Of a stretch of 56,940 bases of DNA, positions 24,783 to 33,992 are shown one piece after another. The translations under genes and the position numbers were made by a program. The stretch lies in contig SOIS01000152.1 in NCBI GenBank assembly GCA_004375965.1, positions 1 to 56,940 of the forward strand, in the 5' to 3' direction. The stretch comes from Candidatus Cloacimonadota bacterium. Its GTDB lineage: Bacteria; Hydrothermota; E44-bin80. How positions within the stretch are numbered: position 1 is the stretch's first letter; each line of letters starts with the position of its first letter. The notes under the pieces were generated by a model. The model was given only the letters and a program-made list of their open reading frames with translations, was not told the DNA's origin and ran no database searches.

Positions 24783-27700
24783 TTACGATATTTTAACAGA
24801 TGCAACTGTCGATACGTTAGGTTCGGTCATTGTAATACCGTAAAGATAGTCAGCAGCTTCCATGGTTATCTTATTATGTGTTATTATAATTAATTGACTT
24901 TTCTTCTTAAACTCCTGAAGGAGCATGATGAATCTTTTAATATTGGCATCGTCTAAGGGAGCATCTATTTCATCAAGAACACAAATAGGAGAAGGTTTTA
25001 CTAGATAGAAGGAAAAAAGCAAGGCGATGGCGATGAGGGTTCTTTCGCCCGTTGAAAGAGCAGCAAGGCTTTCAAGTTTCTTATGTCTTGGTTTTGCCAG
25101 TATTGTTATTTCTGCTTCTAAAGGATCGCCTTCAGCAAGCAGAAGATCGCAATCTCCACTTTCAAAAAGTCTTCTGAAGAGAATTTTGAAATTATCCCGG
25201 ATCCCATTGAATGTAGAGAGAAACTTTTCTTTTGCTATACTATCAATATGTTCTATTGTTTTTAAAAGGTCTTTCTGGGCTTCCTGGAGATCGGTTTTTT
25301 GTGTAACTATTTCTTCTTTCCTTTTTTCAATTCTTACCAAGTCCTCCTCTGCCATTAGATTTACAGGACCAAACTTTCTTATCCTCTCTTCAATAATCTC
25401 TAATTCTTCTTGCAGTCTTTCTCTGGAAGATAATGTCACCTCTTCGTCAAAGGTTTTTAGGTCTAAATCGTATTCTTCTTTAAGCTTCTCTGATAGATTA
25501 CTCTTTTTTGTTTCTATTCTTACCTTCTCCAGATTCAAATTTGAAATTTGCTCATATAGATTTTTTTCCTTTTCGGTAACCCCCCTCTCTTTTGTTTTGA
25601 GTTCCTCTATTTCCTTTTCCGTTTTATTTCTTTTTTCAATAATTTCATTGAGAGTGGTTTCTATGTTATTAAGTTTTCCTATTGTAGTCGAACGCTCTTC
25701 TCTAAGAACTTTCGACTTCTCATCTAATCTACTCATCTCTTCTTCAAATGACTTTATTCTCTCGATGTTTGTCTTTTTCTTCACATTAATACCATCAAGT
25801 TCTTTCTCTCTTGATTTTAATGCTTCCTCTTTCGCTCTCAACTCTCCTTTTAATCTCGTAAGTAATATCACATTATCATTCTCTTCATTTCTAAATGAAC
25901 GAAGTTGTTCTTCTACTTCATTAAATGCCAATTCTTTCGAGTGTGTTTCTTGCTCTATCGAACTAAACATTTCGTTTTCGTCTCTAAACAATCTTTCATT
26001 GGTAACAATATTATTCCTTAATTCTGCAAAACCCTTATTTGTTTTCTCTATTTCTTTTTTTATCTTTTTTATTCTTTTCTCGTTTGTAGTTTTTTCAAAA
26101 AGCTTTTTTTCGTATGAAATTTCATCCTCTCTTAGATCTACTACTATAGCTGAAAAATCTGTATTGAGTTGTTCTAACCTCCTTGCTATTATCCTTTCCT
26201 CTTTTTCTATTTTTGCCTTTTCTTTTTCTATTTCATTTATCATATTCTTTGTGGTTTCCATTTCTTCGGTATTTGTTTTGATTTTTCCATTGATTCCAAC
26301 CAATTCTCTGTGTGATCCTTTACCAGTGAAAAGAATACCGTTTGATAAAACATCGCCATTTTTTGTCACAAACGTGTATTGATTAAATTTTTTCTGAAGT
26401 TCTATTGCATCATTCATTGTCTCTACAAGGAGATACCTTGAGAAATAGGATAATATACTATCCTTGATTTTATCCTCTTTTTTAACATCAAGAAAATTTG
26501 ATAGAGAACCCTTTATTCTTTTATCAGAAGGGGTTTTAAGTTGCGGGTTATTAAGAAATGTGAGAAATATCCCTACCCTCATTCTTTTCTTCTCTGCAAT
26601 ATCTATTATTTCTGAGAGTTTTGTTGGCTCAGAGAGTATTACGGTTTGGATAAAACTTTCTAAAACACCGAGGAGAGCTTCATTTTTATCAGGTGAAATG
26701 TCCAGTATATCAGGAAGAATAGATAGCGAAAATTCTTTATTAAAAAACTTCACTAGTTCGTTATACCCTTCTTTCTCCTTTCTGAAAATTTTCAGTAACT
26801 CTGCTTCGTTTCTCAAAATATTTTTCATCTCATTATACTGTACTAATTTACTCCCTTTCTTCTTCTTTCTTTCCTCGAGAACCTTATATATATCTCTCTC
26901 TTTTTCAAGTTTCTTTTTTATCTCTTTCTCTTTTCCCCTTTTTTTTACAATCTCATCTTTGAGTTGAGCAATACCTTTTTCAACACATTTGTTTTCTTCT
27001 TTTAGTTCATCCAGATCTGAAAGAAGTAACATTCTTAATTCTTCTCTATTTTTTAAATCAGCAGTATGCGAAATCTGTTTCTCCTGCACCGCTTTTATCT
27101 TCTCTTCTATGCTTTTCGCTTCTCGAAGTGCGTTCTCATACTCATCTCTTTTTAACACGTATTCTTGTTCAAGCGTCCCTATTTTTCTCCTCAACTCATT
27201 ATTCCTTTTTTCTTTTTTCTCAATTTCCTTTATGGTACTATTCTTTTCTTCTTTTATCTCATCAATCAATTCAATAATTTCTGGAGTTTTCTCATCTAAG
27301 GAATTATTTTCGCTTTCTAAGTATTCTTTCTGAGAAATGGTATTTTTCTTCCTCTCGTTAATTACGATGATGTGCTCATTAGTTTGACTTTTTTCACCTT
27401 GTATCTTATTTTCTTCTATTCTTAGTTGAGAAATAGTATCATTAATCTTTTTTATTTTGGCTTGCTTCTCTGCAAGCTGGACTTCAATCGATTCAAGTGA
27501 ACTTAGTAAATTTTCCCTTCTTTTTTCAAATGATTCAAGCTCACCTGTTATATGAGAAAGATCTTTTGCAAGTTCAGTGTGGTCTATATTTGCTAACACT
27601 ATTCTTTTCTTTTTTATCTCTTTCTTTATTTCCTGGTATCTTTTCGCCCGTCTTACCTGTCTTTTTAATGACCTCCATTGGCGATCTACCTCTTCAAAAA

Positions 27701-28277
27701 TGTCGTTTACCCTTACTAAATCAATGTTTGTTAACTCCAGTTTATCAAATGCAATCTTCTTTCGGTTTTTATACTTCGCAATTTCAGCAGCCTCTTCGAA
27801 AAGAGTTCTTCTTGTTTTTGAATTGGAGCTGAGAATGGATTCTATCATTTCTCTCCTGAAAATAGAATATGCTTCGGCTTTTAAACCTGTATTGAGAAAG
27901 AGGCTTACAATATCTTTAAGTCTGACATTTACACGGTTGATAAAATATTCGCTTTCTCCCGATCTGTAAAACCTGCGGGTTATTGCGACTTCCTGATAAG
28001 ATATAGGAAGTGTGCCGTCATTCTCAATAACAGCTGTAACCTCTGCAAAATTAAGTGGTTTGTGGGAAAGTGAACCTTTAAAGATGAAGTCTTCCATCTT
28101 CTCCCCACGTAGTTTATAAGGATTTTGTTCACCTAGCACCCATTCAATGGCATCAAGTATATTAGTTTTTCCACACCCATTTGGTCCAACAATTGCAACT
28201 ATTCCTGTATCAAATTCAAATAGAGTCTTTTTAGGGAAGGACTTAAAACCCAATATCTCAAGCCTGTTTAACTTCAC
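24783..28277 (-). CDS. smc: chromosome segregation protein SMC
   Basis: 1164 aa. N-terminal GPNGCGKTNILDAI, long coiled coils and a hinge. C-terminal LSTGERTLIAIALLF and VLDEIDAPLD. GTG start. Confidence 0.95.
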   Translation of the reverse strand: MKLNRLEILGFKSFPKKTLFEFDTGIVAIVGPNGCGKTNILDAIEWVLGEQNPYKLRGEKMEDFIFKGSLSHKPLNFAEVTAVIENDGTLPISYQEVAITRRFYRSGESEYFINRVNVRLKDIVSLFLNTGLKAEAYSIFRREMIESILSSNSKTRRTLFEEAAEIAKYKNRKKIAFDKLELTNIDLVRVNDIFEEVDRQWRSLKRQVRRAKRYQEIKKEIKKKRIVLANIDHTELAKDLSHITGELESFEKRRENLLSSLESIEVQLAEKQAKIKKINDTISQLRIEENKIQGEKSQTNEHIIVINERKKNTISQKEYLESENNSLDEKTPEIIELIDEIKEEKNSTIKEIEKKEKRNNELRRKIGTLEQEYVLKRDEYENALREAKSIEEKIKAVQEKQISHTADLKNREELRMLLLSDLDELKEENKCVEKGIAQLKDEIVKKRGKEKEIKKKLEKERDIYKVLEERKKKKGSKLVQYNEMKNILRNEAELLKIFRKEKEGYNELVKFFNKEFSLSILPDILDISPDKNEALLGVLESFIQTVILSEPTKLSEIIDIAEKKRMRVGIFLTFLNNPQLKTPSDKRIKGSLSNFLDVKKEDKIKDSILSYFSRYLLVETMNDAIELQKKFNQYTFVTKNGDVLSNGILFTGKGSHRELVGINGKIKTNTEEMETTKNMINEIEKEKAKIEKEERIIARRLEQLNTDFSAIVVDLREDEISYEKKLFEKTTNEKRIKKIKKEIEKTNKGFAELRNNIVTNERLFRDENEMFSSIEQETHSKELAFNEVEEQLRSFRNEENDNVILLTRLKGELRAKEEALKSREKELDGINVKKKTNIERIKSFEEEMSRLDEKSKVLREERSTTIGKLNNIETTLNEIIEKRNKTEKEIEELKTKERGVTEKEKNLYEQISNLNLEKVRIETKKSNLSEKLKEEYDLDLKTFDEEVTLSSRERLQEELEIIEERIRKFGPVNLMAEEDLVRIEKRKEEIVTQKTDLQEAQKDLLKTIEHIDSIAKEKFLSTFNGIRDNFKILFRRLFESGDCDLLLAEGDPLEAEITILAKPRHKKLESLAALSTGERTLIAIALLFSFYLVKPSPICVLDEIDAPLDDANIKRFIMLLQEFKKKSQLIIITHNKITMEAADYLYGITMTEPNVSTVASVKIS

Positions 28278-28283
28278 ATATTG

Positions 28284-28312
28284 AGTATAACATAAAGAAG
28301 CGGATTGGTCAA
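28284..28312 (-). promoter_or_regulatory. sigma70-type promoter immediately upstream of smc (leaderless geometry)
   Basis: Reverse complement reads TTGACC, 17 nt, TATACT. Only 6 nt (caatat) lie between the -10 and the GTG start at 28277. Confidence 0.45.
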
Positions 28313-28328
28313 ATAAAAAATGAGGAGT

Positions 28329-28405
28329 TGGTAGCGGGGGAAGGATTTGAACCTTCGTCCTCTGGGTTATGAGCCCAACGAGCTACCAGACTGCTCCACC
28401 CCGCG
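28329..28405 (-). tRNA. initiator tRNA-Met (anticodon CAT), CCA encoded
   Basis: 77-nt cloverleaf: CGCGGGG-TG-GAGC-AGTCTGGTA-GCTC-G-TTGGG-CTCATAA-CCCAG-AGGAC-GAAGG-TTCAAAT-CCTTC-CCCCGCT-A-CCA. The C1/U72 mismatch and three G-C pairs closing the anticodon stem are initiator hallmarks. Confidence 0.95.
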
Positions 28406-28429
28406 ATCCAGTATATATTATATGCTATT

Positions 28430-28458
28430 TATATACTATAAAATTTTAATTTTGTCAA
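28430..28458 (-). promoter_or_regulatory. sigma70-type promoter of the tRNA-Met gene
   Basis: Reverse complement reads TTGACA, 17 nt, TATATA, about 24 nt upstream of the mature tRNA 5' end. Confidence 0.55.
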
Positions 28459-28528
28459 CCCTTTTTTTGGGGTTTCTGAGAAAGAAATCAGAGTATTCGA
28501 AAAAAACCAGAAAATAACGAAAAATTTC

Positions 28529-28557
28529 TTGACTATTGTATTAAAATATTATATTAT
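28529..28557 (+). promoter_or_regulatory. sigma70-type promoter of hutI
   Basis: TTGACT (28529-28534), 17 nt, TATTAT (28552-28557). Confidence 0.55.
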
Positions 28558-28594
28558 GAAGTGTTATATTAAGTTATATAAATAAAGAATAGGA

Positions 28595-29872
28595 ATGATG
28601 AAAACTGTGGAATGTGACATTTTGATTAAAAATATTGGTCAGCTCCTTACCATTCCATCAAAGAACGGTCCAGTTATAAATACCAATCGTGAATCACTTG
28701 GAATTATAGAGAATGCTTATGTCTCCATTGAGGATGGAAAAATTAAGGATATAGGAAGGGGCAGCAAAGAAATTGCTGCCAAAAAAATTATAGATGCTGA
28801 AGATTGTATCGCTTTGCCTGGTTTTATCGATCCGCACACCCATCTTATATTTTCAGGTACGAGGGAGAAAGAATTCTCAATGAGAATTAGGGGGAAGGAT
28901 TATCTCACTATTATGCAGGAAGGCGGTGGCATTAAATCCACTGTTAAGGCAACAAGGTTAGCATCCAAGGAGGAACTTTTCAGTGTCTCTGCTAAACGGC
29001 TTGATACTGCACTGTCCTGGGGAACAACAACCTGTGAGGTGAAATCTGGATATGGACTTTCCACCGCTGATGAGATAAAGATGCTCGAAGTTGCTTCCTT
29101 GCTTCAGAGAAATCATACTGTGAGTATTGCCCCAACGTTCCTTGGGGCACATGAAGTTCCTGAAGAATTCAATGGAAACAAGAGGGGGTATGTGGATCTT
29201 ATTATTCACGAGATGATACCTGAAATATCAAAGAGGAAACTTGCAAGATTCTGTGATGTTTTTTGTGAAAAAGAGGTGTTCAACAGGAAGGAAACGGAAA
29301 AGATACTTAATGAGGGTTTGAAACACGGATTTCATGCAAAGATACATACTGATGAATTTTATAATATTGGTGGAACTGAACTTGCAGAAAAAGTAAACGC
29401 AGTATCATGTGACCATCTCATTTGTACGAACGATAAAGGTCTTTCATCAATGAAGAAAGCTGGGTCTATTGCTGTTCTCCTCCCAGGAACAAATCTTTTC
29501 TTGATGAAAAAGGAAATTCCTCCTGTAGATAAGATGAGAGAACTAACGGTCCCGATAGCAATTGGTTCTGACTTTAATCCTGGAAGTTCCCCTATTATTG
29601 CGATGCCAGTTATTATGAGCCTTTCTTGTTTGCTTTATGGATTAACGCCCGAGGAGGCAATAGTTGGTGCAACAATAAATGCGGCTTATGCAATAAAGGA
29701 GGAAGGGGTTATTGGAAGTTTGGAAGAGGGTAAATTAGCTGACATCGTTATCATAGATTCCAAGAATTACGAAGAAATTCCGTACTGGTTTGCACAAAAT
29801 CGTATTGTTTATGTTATAAAAGGAGGGAGGGTAGTCGCAGGAAAGAAGAAGTTTCAGACTACAGAGGACTGA
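28595..29872 (+). CDS. hutI: imidazolonepropionase (amidohydrolase superfamily)
   Basis: 425 aa. GFIDPHTHLIFSGTREKEF, and later H/D metal ligands typical of HutI. Confidence 0.85.
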   Translation: MMKTVECDILIKNIGQLLTIPSKNGPVINTNRESLGIIENAYVSIEDGKIKDIGRGSKEIAAKKIIDAEDCIALPGFIDPHTHLIFSGTREKEFSMRIRGKDYLTIMQEGGGIKSTVKATRLASKEELFSVSAKRLDTALSWGTTTCEVKSGYGLSTADEIKMLEVASLLQRNHTVSIAPTFLGAHEVPEEFNGNKRGYVDLIIHEMIPEISKRKLARFCDVFCEKEVFNRKETEKILNEGLKHGFHAKIHTDEFYNIGGTELAEKVNAVSCDHLICTNDKGLSSMKKAGSIAVLLPGTNLFLMKKEIPPVDKMRELTVPIAIGSDFNPGSSPIIAMPVIMSLSCLLYGLTPEEAIVGATINAAYAIKEEGVIGSLEEGKLADIVIIDSKNYEEIPYWFAQNRIVYVIKGGRVVAGKKKFQTTED

Positions 29873-29951
29873 GTGCATGAAAGCAAAAAAGGGATAAATG
29901 TGGTTACATCTTTAACTTTGTATATTACTAAACAAAGGGAGGGAGAATAAA

Positions 29952-31226
29952 TTGAACAGTGAGTATGAAGATGGGCTCAATGCTTTAAGAGAGAGAGATT
30001 ATAAGAAGTCAAAGGAAATATTCTTAATACTACTCGGCAAAAAGCCAGAGAGTGTAAATTCACATCTCGGACTTAGTTTCTCTCTCTTTGAACTTGGTAA
30101 CATTACTGATGCAGAGAAACACCTTAATGCCTGCCTAAGTTTTTTTGAATCACAACATAAATTATCAGAAGCATATGTTTCAGTGCGGGAGTTATTTAAA
30201 ATGAAACCAGGAATGGTTAAATATACCTTTGACCTTCTGAGGATATACCTCAAGCTTAAATTTATGAAGTCTTTTGCTGAAGTTTTACTTGAAACAATGG
30301 ACAACAGAGAGATATTGGAAGAAGTACTCAAAGATAATATAAGGTTACTTGTCCCTTTTATAAAGGATAAAGATATAAAATCAATCCTTAGTTTCAGAGC
30401 GAAGGTAGCAGAAGATGAAAAGTTAAATCCTTTCGAAAATCTCGAACTCGCAAATTTACTGTTCGAAATTGGTTCAACAGACGAAGCAAAGACTGAGTTT
30501 TATAAGAGCGCACGTGCTTTTCTCAATAGGGATTTAAAGGATAAGGCACAGGCTTTATATGTAAAGATAAAGGAGATGTACCCTGAAGATAATGGACTTG
30601 AATTACTCAAAAAGGAAATAGATGGTTATGGTACTGAAAAAAAACCTATAGACCTCAATGAGAGAAGGAAGAAACTTGAAGAGGTACTATCTTCTTTAAG
30701 GAATGAAAATGAGGCAAGGGTAAGATATTCCGTTGCTGTTGTTTACAAAGAATATGCGCGGTTCGAGGAGGCGAAAGAAGAGCTTTATAAAGCTCTTAGT
30801 CAACCGAAGTCACCCGAAAAGACAAAAGCGTATGTATTACTTAGCCAGATTTATATCGATGAAAAAGATAATAGGAAAGCAATAGAGATTCTTGAGAATG
30901 TGATAGAAAAAGATGAGTTAAGTGGAAGTGAACTTGTACCACTTGAGTATAAACTTGGAACAATATATGAAAGAATTGGAAAACTTCCTGAAGCATTACA
31001 TATTTATGAGATAGCGATGGATAAAGACTCTGATTACCTTGATCTTGTAGAAAAAATCAGGCAAGTAAGAGAACTAATTGAGAAGCAAAAAGTTGTGGTT
31101 CCAGAGGAGGCCGTTGAAGAATTAATTGCACTTGATGAAATGAAGGGTAATGAACTGATAGAAGAAAAAGTAGAAAAAGAGGCGAAGAAAAAAACAGAGT
31201 TGAGAGAGAGAATCCTTTATATATAA
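29952..31226 (+). CDS. TPR-repeat protein (module 1)
   Basis: 424 aa. TTG start after gggaggga. TPR-like helical repeats. C-terminal IEKQKVVVPEE and final residues RILYI. Confidence 0.75.
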   Translation: MNSEYEDGLNALRERDYKKSKEIFLILLGKKPESVNSHLGLSFSLFELGNITDAEKHLNACLSFFESQHKLSEAYVSVRELFKMKPGMVKYTFDLLRIYLKLKFMKSFAEVLLETMDNREILEEVLKDNIRLLVPFIKDKDIKSILSFRAKVAEDEKLNPFENLELANLLFEIGSTDEAKTEFYKSARAFLNRDLKDKAQALYVKIKEMYPEDNGLELLKKEIDGYGTEKKPIDLNERRKKLEEVLSSLRNENEARVRYSVAVVYKEYARFEEAKEELYKALSQPKSPEKTKAYVLLSQIYIDEKDNRKAIEILENVIEKDELSGSELVPLEYKLGTIYERIGKLPEALHIYEIAMDKDSDYLDLVEKIRQVRELIEKQKVVVPEEAVEELIALDEMKGNELIEEKVEKEAKKKTELRERILYI

Positions 31227-31235
31227 GGAGAAGAA

Positions 31236-32066
31236 ATGGAATACGAATCTTTTTTTAATTTCGAGAATGAACCTTTTTCAAATGCTCCTGACCCGCGATT
31301 CTTCTTTAATGGTCCTGAACACGCAAAACCATTCTTAAGATTAATGTATTCAGCCCAGAGAATGAAGGGACTTGTTGTGCTCACTGGTGTGGTAGGGACA
31401 GGGAAAACAACACTCGCAAGGAAAATTCTTTCCTCACTACTGAAAGATAAGGAATATATCCCAGGAATGCTTGTTCTCACAAGGGATGAATATCCATCAT
31501 TCTGGCTCACATCAAAGATTGCACAACTTTTACAGATAAAGGATAACAATACTGATATTAATAAAATCCAACTAATTTCCAAACGGCTATTTGAGATTAA
31601 AAAAGCGGGAAGAAAACCTGTTGTTATTATAGATGAAGCGAATAAATTAAAGACTGATGCAAACCTTGAAGAATTAAGGAGCATATTGAATATTGAAGAT
31701 GAAGAGAGGAGACTCATAACTTTTATCCTCTGCGGCATGCCAGAGTTAAAAGATCTATTAAATAAAAATGAATCATTGCGACAAAGAATAGCTTATCTTA
31801 TAACCCTCGCAGCATTAACAGAGAATTCTACTGAAGAGTATGTTAGGTTTAGATTAAAGGTAGCAGGAGCACAGGATGAAATCTTTACCCAGCACGCATT
31901 TGAAGAAATATACAAATGGAGTAAAGGTAGACCCCGGCTCATTAATTCCATCTGTGATAATGCACTTCTTGAAGGTGTCCTGTTGCAGAAAAAGCCAATA
32001 ACAGGAGAAATAGTTGGTCTCGCGTCTGAATCATTAGGGCTAAAATCTCAACCAGAAATTAAATAA
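31236..32066 (+). CDS. ExeA/GspA/MshM-like AAA ATPase (module 1)
   Basis: 276 aa. N-terminus FFNFENEPFSNAPDPRFFF, Walker A TGVVGTGKTTLAR, Walker B VVIIDEAN. Confidence 0.85.
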   Translation: MEYESFFNFENEPFSNAPDPRFFFNGPEHAKPFLRLMYSAQRMKGLVVLTGVVGTGKTTLARKILSSLLKDKEYIPGMLVLTRDEYPSFWLTSKIAQLLQIKDNNTDINKIQLISKRLFEIKKAGRKPVVIIDEANKLKTDANLEELRSILNIEDEERRLITFILCGMPELKDLLNKNESLRQRIAYLITLAALTENSTEEYVRFRLKVAGAQDEIFTQHAFEEIYKWSKGRPRLINSICDNALLEGVLLQKKPITGEIVGLASESLGLKSQPEIK

Positions 32067-33961
32067 TGGCTAATATTTATGCATTAAAAAGTCAAGCAGC
32101 AAAATTGGTCGTAAAAGGCAATTATGCAAAAGCACATGCAATTTACCAGAAGGTAAAGGAGATAGATCCTGAGGAACCTGGAACGTACAACCTTATTGGC
32201 GATGTTTATCTAAAAATGAGGGAAAGAGAAAAGGCAGTCTCCGAGTTTAAACAGGCGCTTGAACTGTACAAGAAAGTTCAGTACTATCCAAATGCTATTG
32301 CAGTCTGTAAAAAGATATTAAGAACAGATAAAGATCAGACAGAGGTATACAATGATCTTGCTGATCTTTATGTTGAGAGGGGTTTTATCGGTGAAGCGGT
32401 CATTAACTACCTTGAATATGCTTCACGGATGAGAAAAGAGGGAGATAAAAAGAAGGAGATAGAGGCTTATAAAAAGGTTATAGAACTTGGTCCTCTCAAA
32501 ATTGATATCAGAAATAGACTCGTTGACCTTTACATAGCTGAGGGGGAAAGGGAAGCAGCAATTGAAGAACTGGAAAGGATAGAAGAATTACTCATACAGC
32601 AGGGTAACCAGGCAAAGTTACCAGAAATTGAGGAAAAACTTGCCGCTTTAAGAATTGGTGAGCCACCTACATCTAAAAAAGAAAAGAGAGAAGAGTATAC
32701 TGTCAGACACGGTTTCACGGTGGAAGATATGATGGGAGAGGGGGCTAAGCTTGGAGCGGAAGTTGAAGAAGAGATTGAAGAGGAAGTAAGGGAAAATATC
32801 TCTGGTGAAGAAGATGTTTCTATTGAGCAGGAGATAGCAAAACTACATGAAAATACTGTAATTCCCAAAACTGAACCTGTAACGGTTGAAAATCTTCCAC
32901 CGCCTGGCAAATCAGAATTACAAGTGGCTCCAACAGAATGGACAAATTTTGAGGAGTTAGCTGAACTTTGTCTATCTGTCAATTCAAAGAGCGATGCTAT
33001 AGATTACCTTTACAAAGCTGGACAGATGTATTTGGAAGAAAATAATTATGAAAAGGCAATTAAAGCATTTAAAAGGATTATTAACATTAGACCCATTGAG
33101 CTGCGTCCAAGACAGAAGTTAATAGAGATTTCACTTAAAAGAGAGGATATGGAGAGTGCAGCAGAATGGAATCTTGATCTGGGAAAATGTCTTTATCAAA
33201 AGGGAGCAATTGCTGAAGCAGATAAAGCATTTAAACGTGCCTTGAAACTCTCTTCCAGTAAAGAAAAAATAAGAAAAAGTGTTCAAAAGATAAAAGGAAA
33301 GAAGAAAGAAGTAAAAAAGGTTGAGATTGAGCTCCCATCTATCTCACTGGTTGAACTTCTTGAAGAAGAGGAGGGGAAAGCAGTAAAATTCAAGGTGGCA
33401 GAGGAAAAGGAAGTTGAGGAGCCGGTTACGTTCGAAGATCTCCTTGAGGAATTCAAAGAAGGAGTTTTGGAGTATATAGAAGATAAAGATTTTGATAGTC
33501 ATTATGATCTCGGAATTACATATAAAGAGATGGAGCTCATCGATGAAGCAATTCTCGAATTTAAAAAAGCATCAAAAGGAGAAGAGATAAAATTGAAATC
33601 CATTGAAATGCTTGCCCTCTGTTTGATTGAAAAAGGAGATCTTGATGAAGCAGAGAAGATAATAAAAGAAGCAATATCAATAGATGGTCATAAGGAAGTA
33701 GAGTTTCTTGGCTTGAAATATAATTTAGCGCAGATATACGAACATACCAACAAAAATGAAGAGGCTGCTCAATTGTTCAGAGAAATACTTAATGACGATA
33801 CAGAATTTAAGGAGGCAGCTGTTAAATTGAAAGAATTGGAAGAAAGGATTGAAAAACAAAAGGTTGTTCCAGAAAAGAAAGTCGAGGTTAAGAAGAAGAA
33901 AGGAGCCATACCAAAGAAGAAGGTTACGACTAAAAGAAAGAAGAAGATTTCTTATATTTAG
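32066..33961 (+). CDS. TPR-repeat protein with acidic central region (module 2)
   Basis: 631 aa. TPR repeats at both ends. C-terminal IEKQKVVPEKK, a Lys-rich tail and final residues KISYI. The start overlaps the stop of the upstream ATPase gene. Confidence 0.8.
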   Translation: MANIYALKSQAAKLVVKGNYAKAHAIYQKVKEIDPEEPGTYNLIGDVYLKMREREKAVSEFKQALELYKKVQYYPNAIAVCKKILRTDKDQTEVYNDLADLYVERGFIGEAVINYLEYASRMRKEGDKKKEIEAYKKVIELGPLKIDIRNRLVDLYIAEGEREAAIEELERIEELLIQQGNQAKLPEIEEKLAALRIGEPPTSKKEKREEYTVRHGFTVEDMMGEGAKLGAEVEEEIEEEVRENISGEEDVSIEQEIAKLHENTVIPKTEPVTVENLPPPGKSELQVAPTEWTNFEELAELCLSVNSKSDAIDYLYKAGQMYLEENNYEKAIKAFKRIINIRPIELRPRQKLIEISLKREDMESAAEWNLDLGKCLYQKGAIAEADKAFKRALKLSSSKEKIRKSVQKIKGKKKEVKKVEIELPSISLVELLEEEEGKAVKFKVAEEKEVEEPVTFEDLLEEFKEGVLEYIEDKDFDSHYDLGITYKEMELIDEAILEFKKASKGEEIKLKSIEMLALCLIEKGDLDEAEKIIKEAISIDGHKEVEFLGLKYNLAQIYEHTNKNEEAAQLFREILNDDTEFKEAAVKLKELEERIEKQKVVPEKKVEVKKKKGAIPKKKVTTKRKKKISYI

Positions 33962-33992
33962 ATTCTTCAGAATTTGATGAAGGGAGAAAAAT

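Noticed and set aside
25027-27969. Long plus-strand ORFs (451, 167, 114, 111 and 130 aa) antisense to smc.
   Set aside because: They are Ser/Phe/Leu-rich low-complexity translations of the reverse complement of Glu/Lys-rich coiled-coil codons. They have no motifs, and smc on the other strand is unambiguous.
28278-28594. Considered a tRNA-associated genomic island or integrase next to the tRNA-Met gene.
   Set aside because: There is no integrase, no direct repeat of the tRNA 3' end and no mobile-element genes. The flanking genes are housekeeping.
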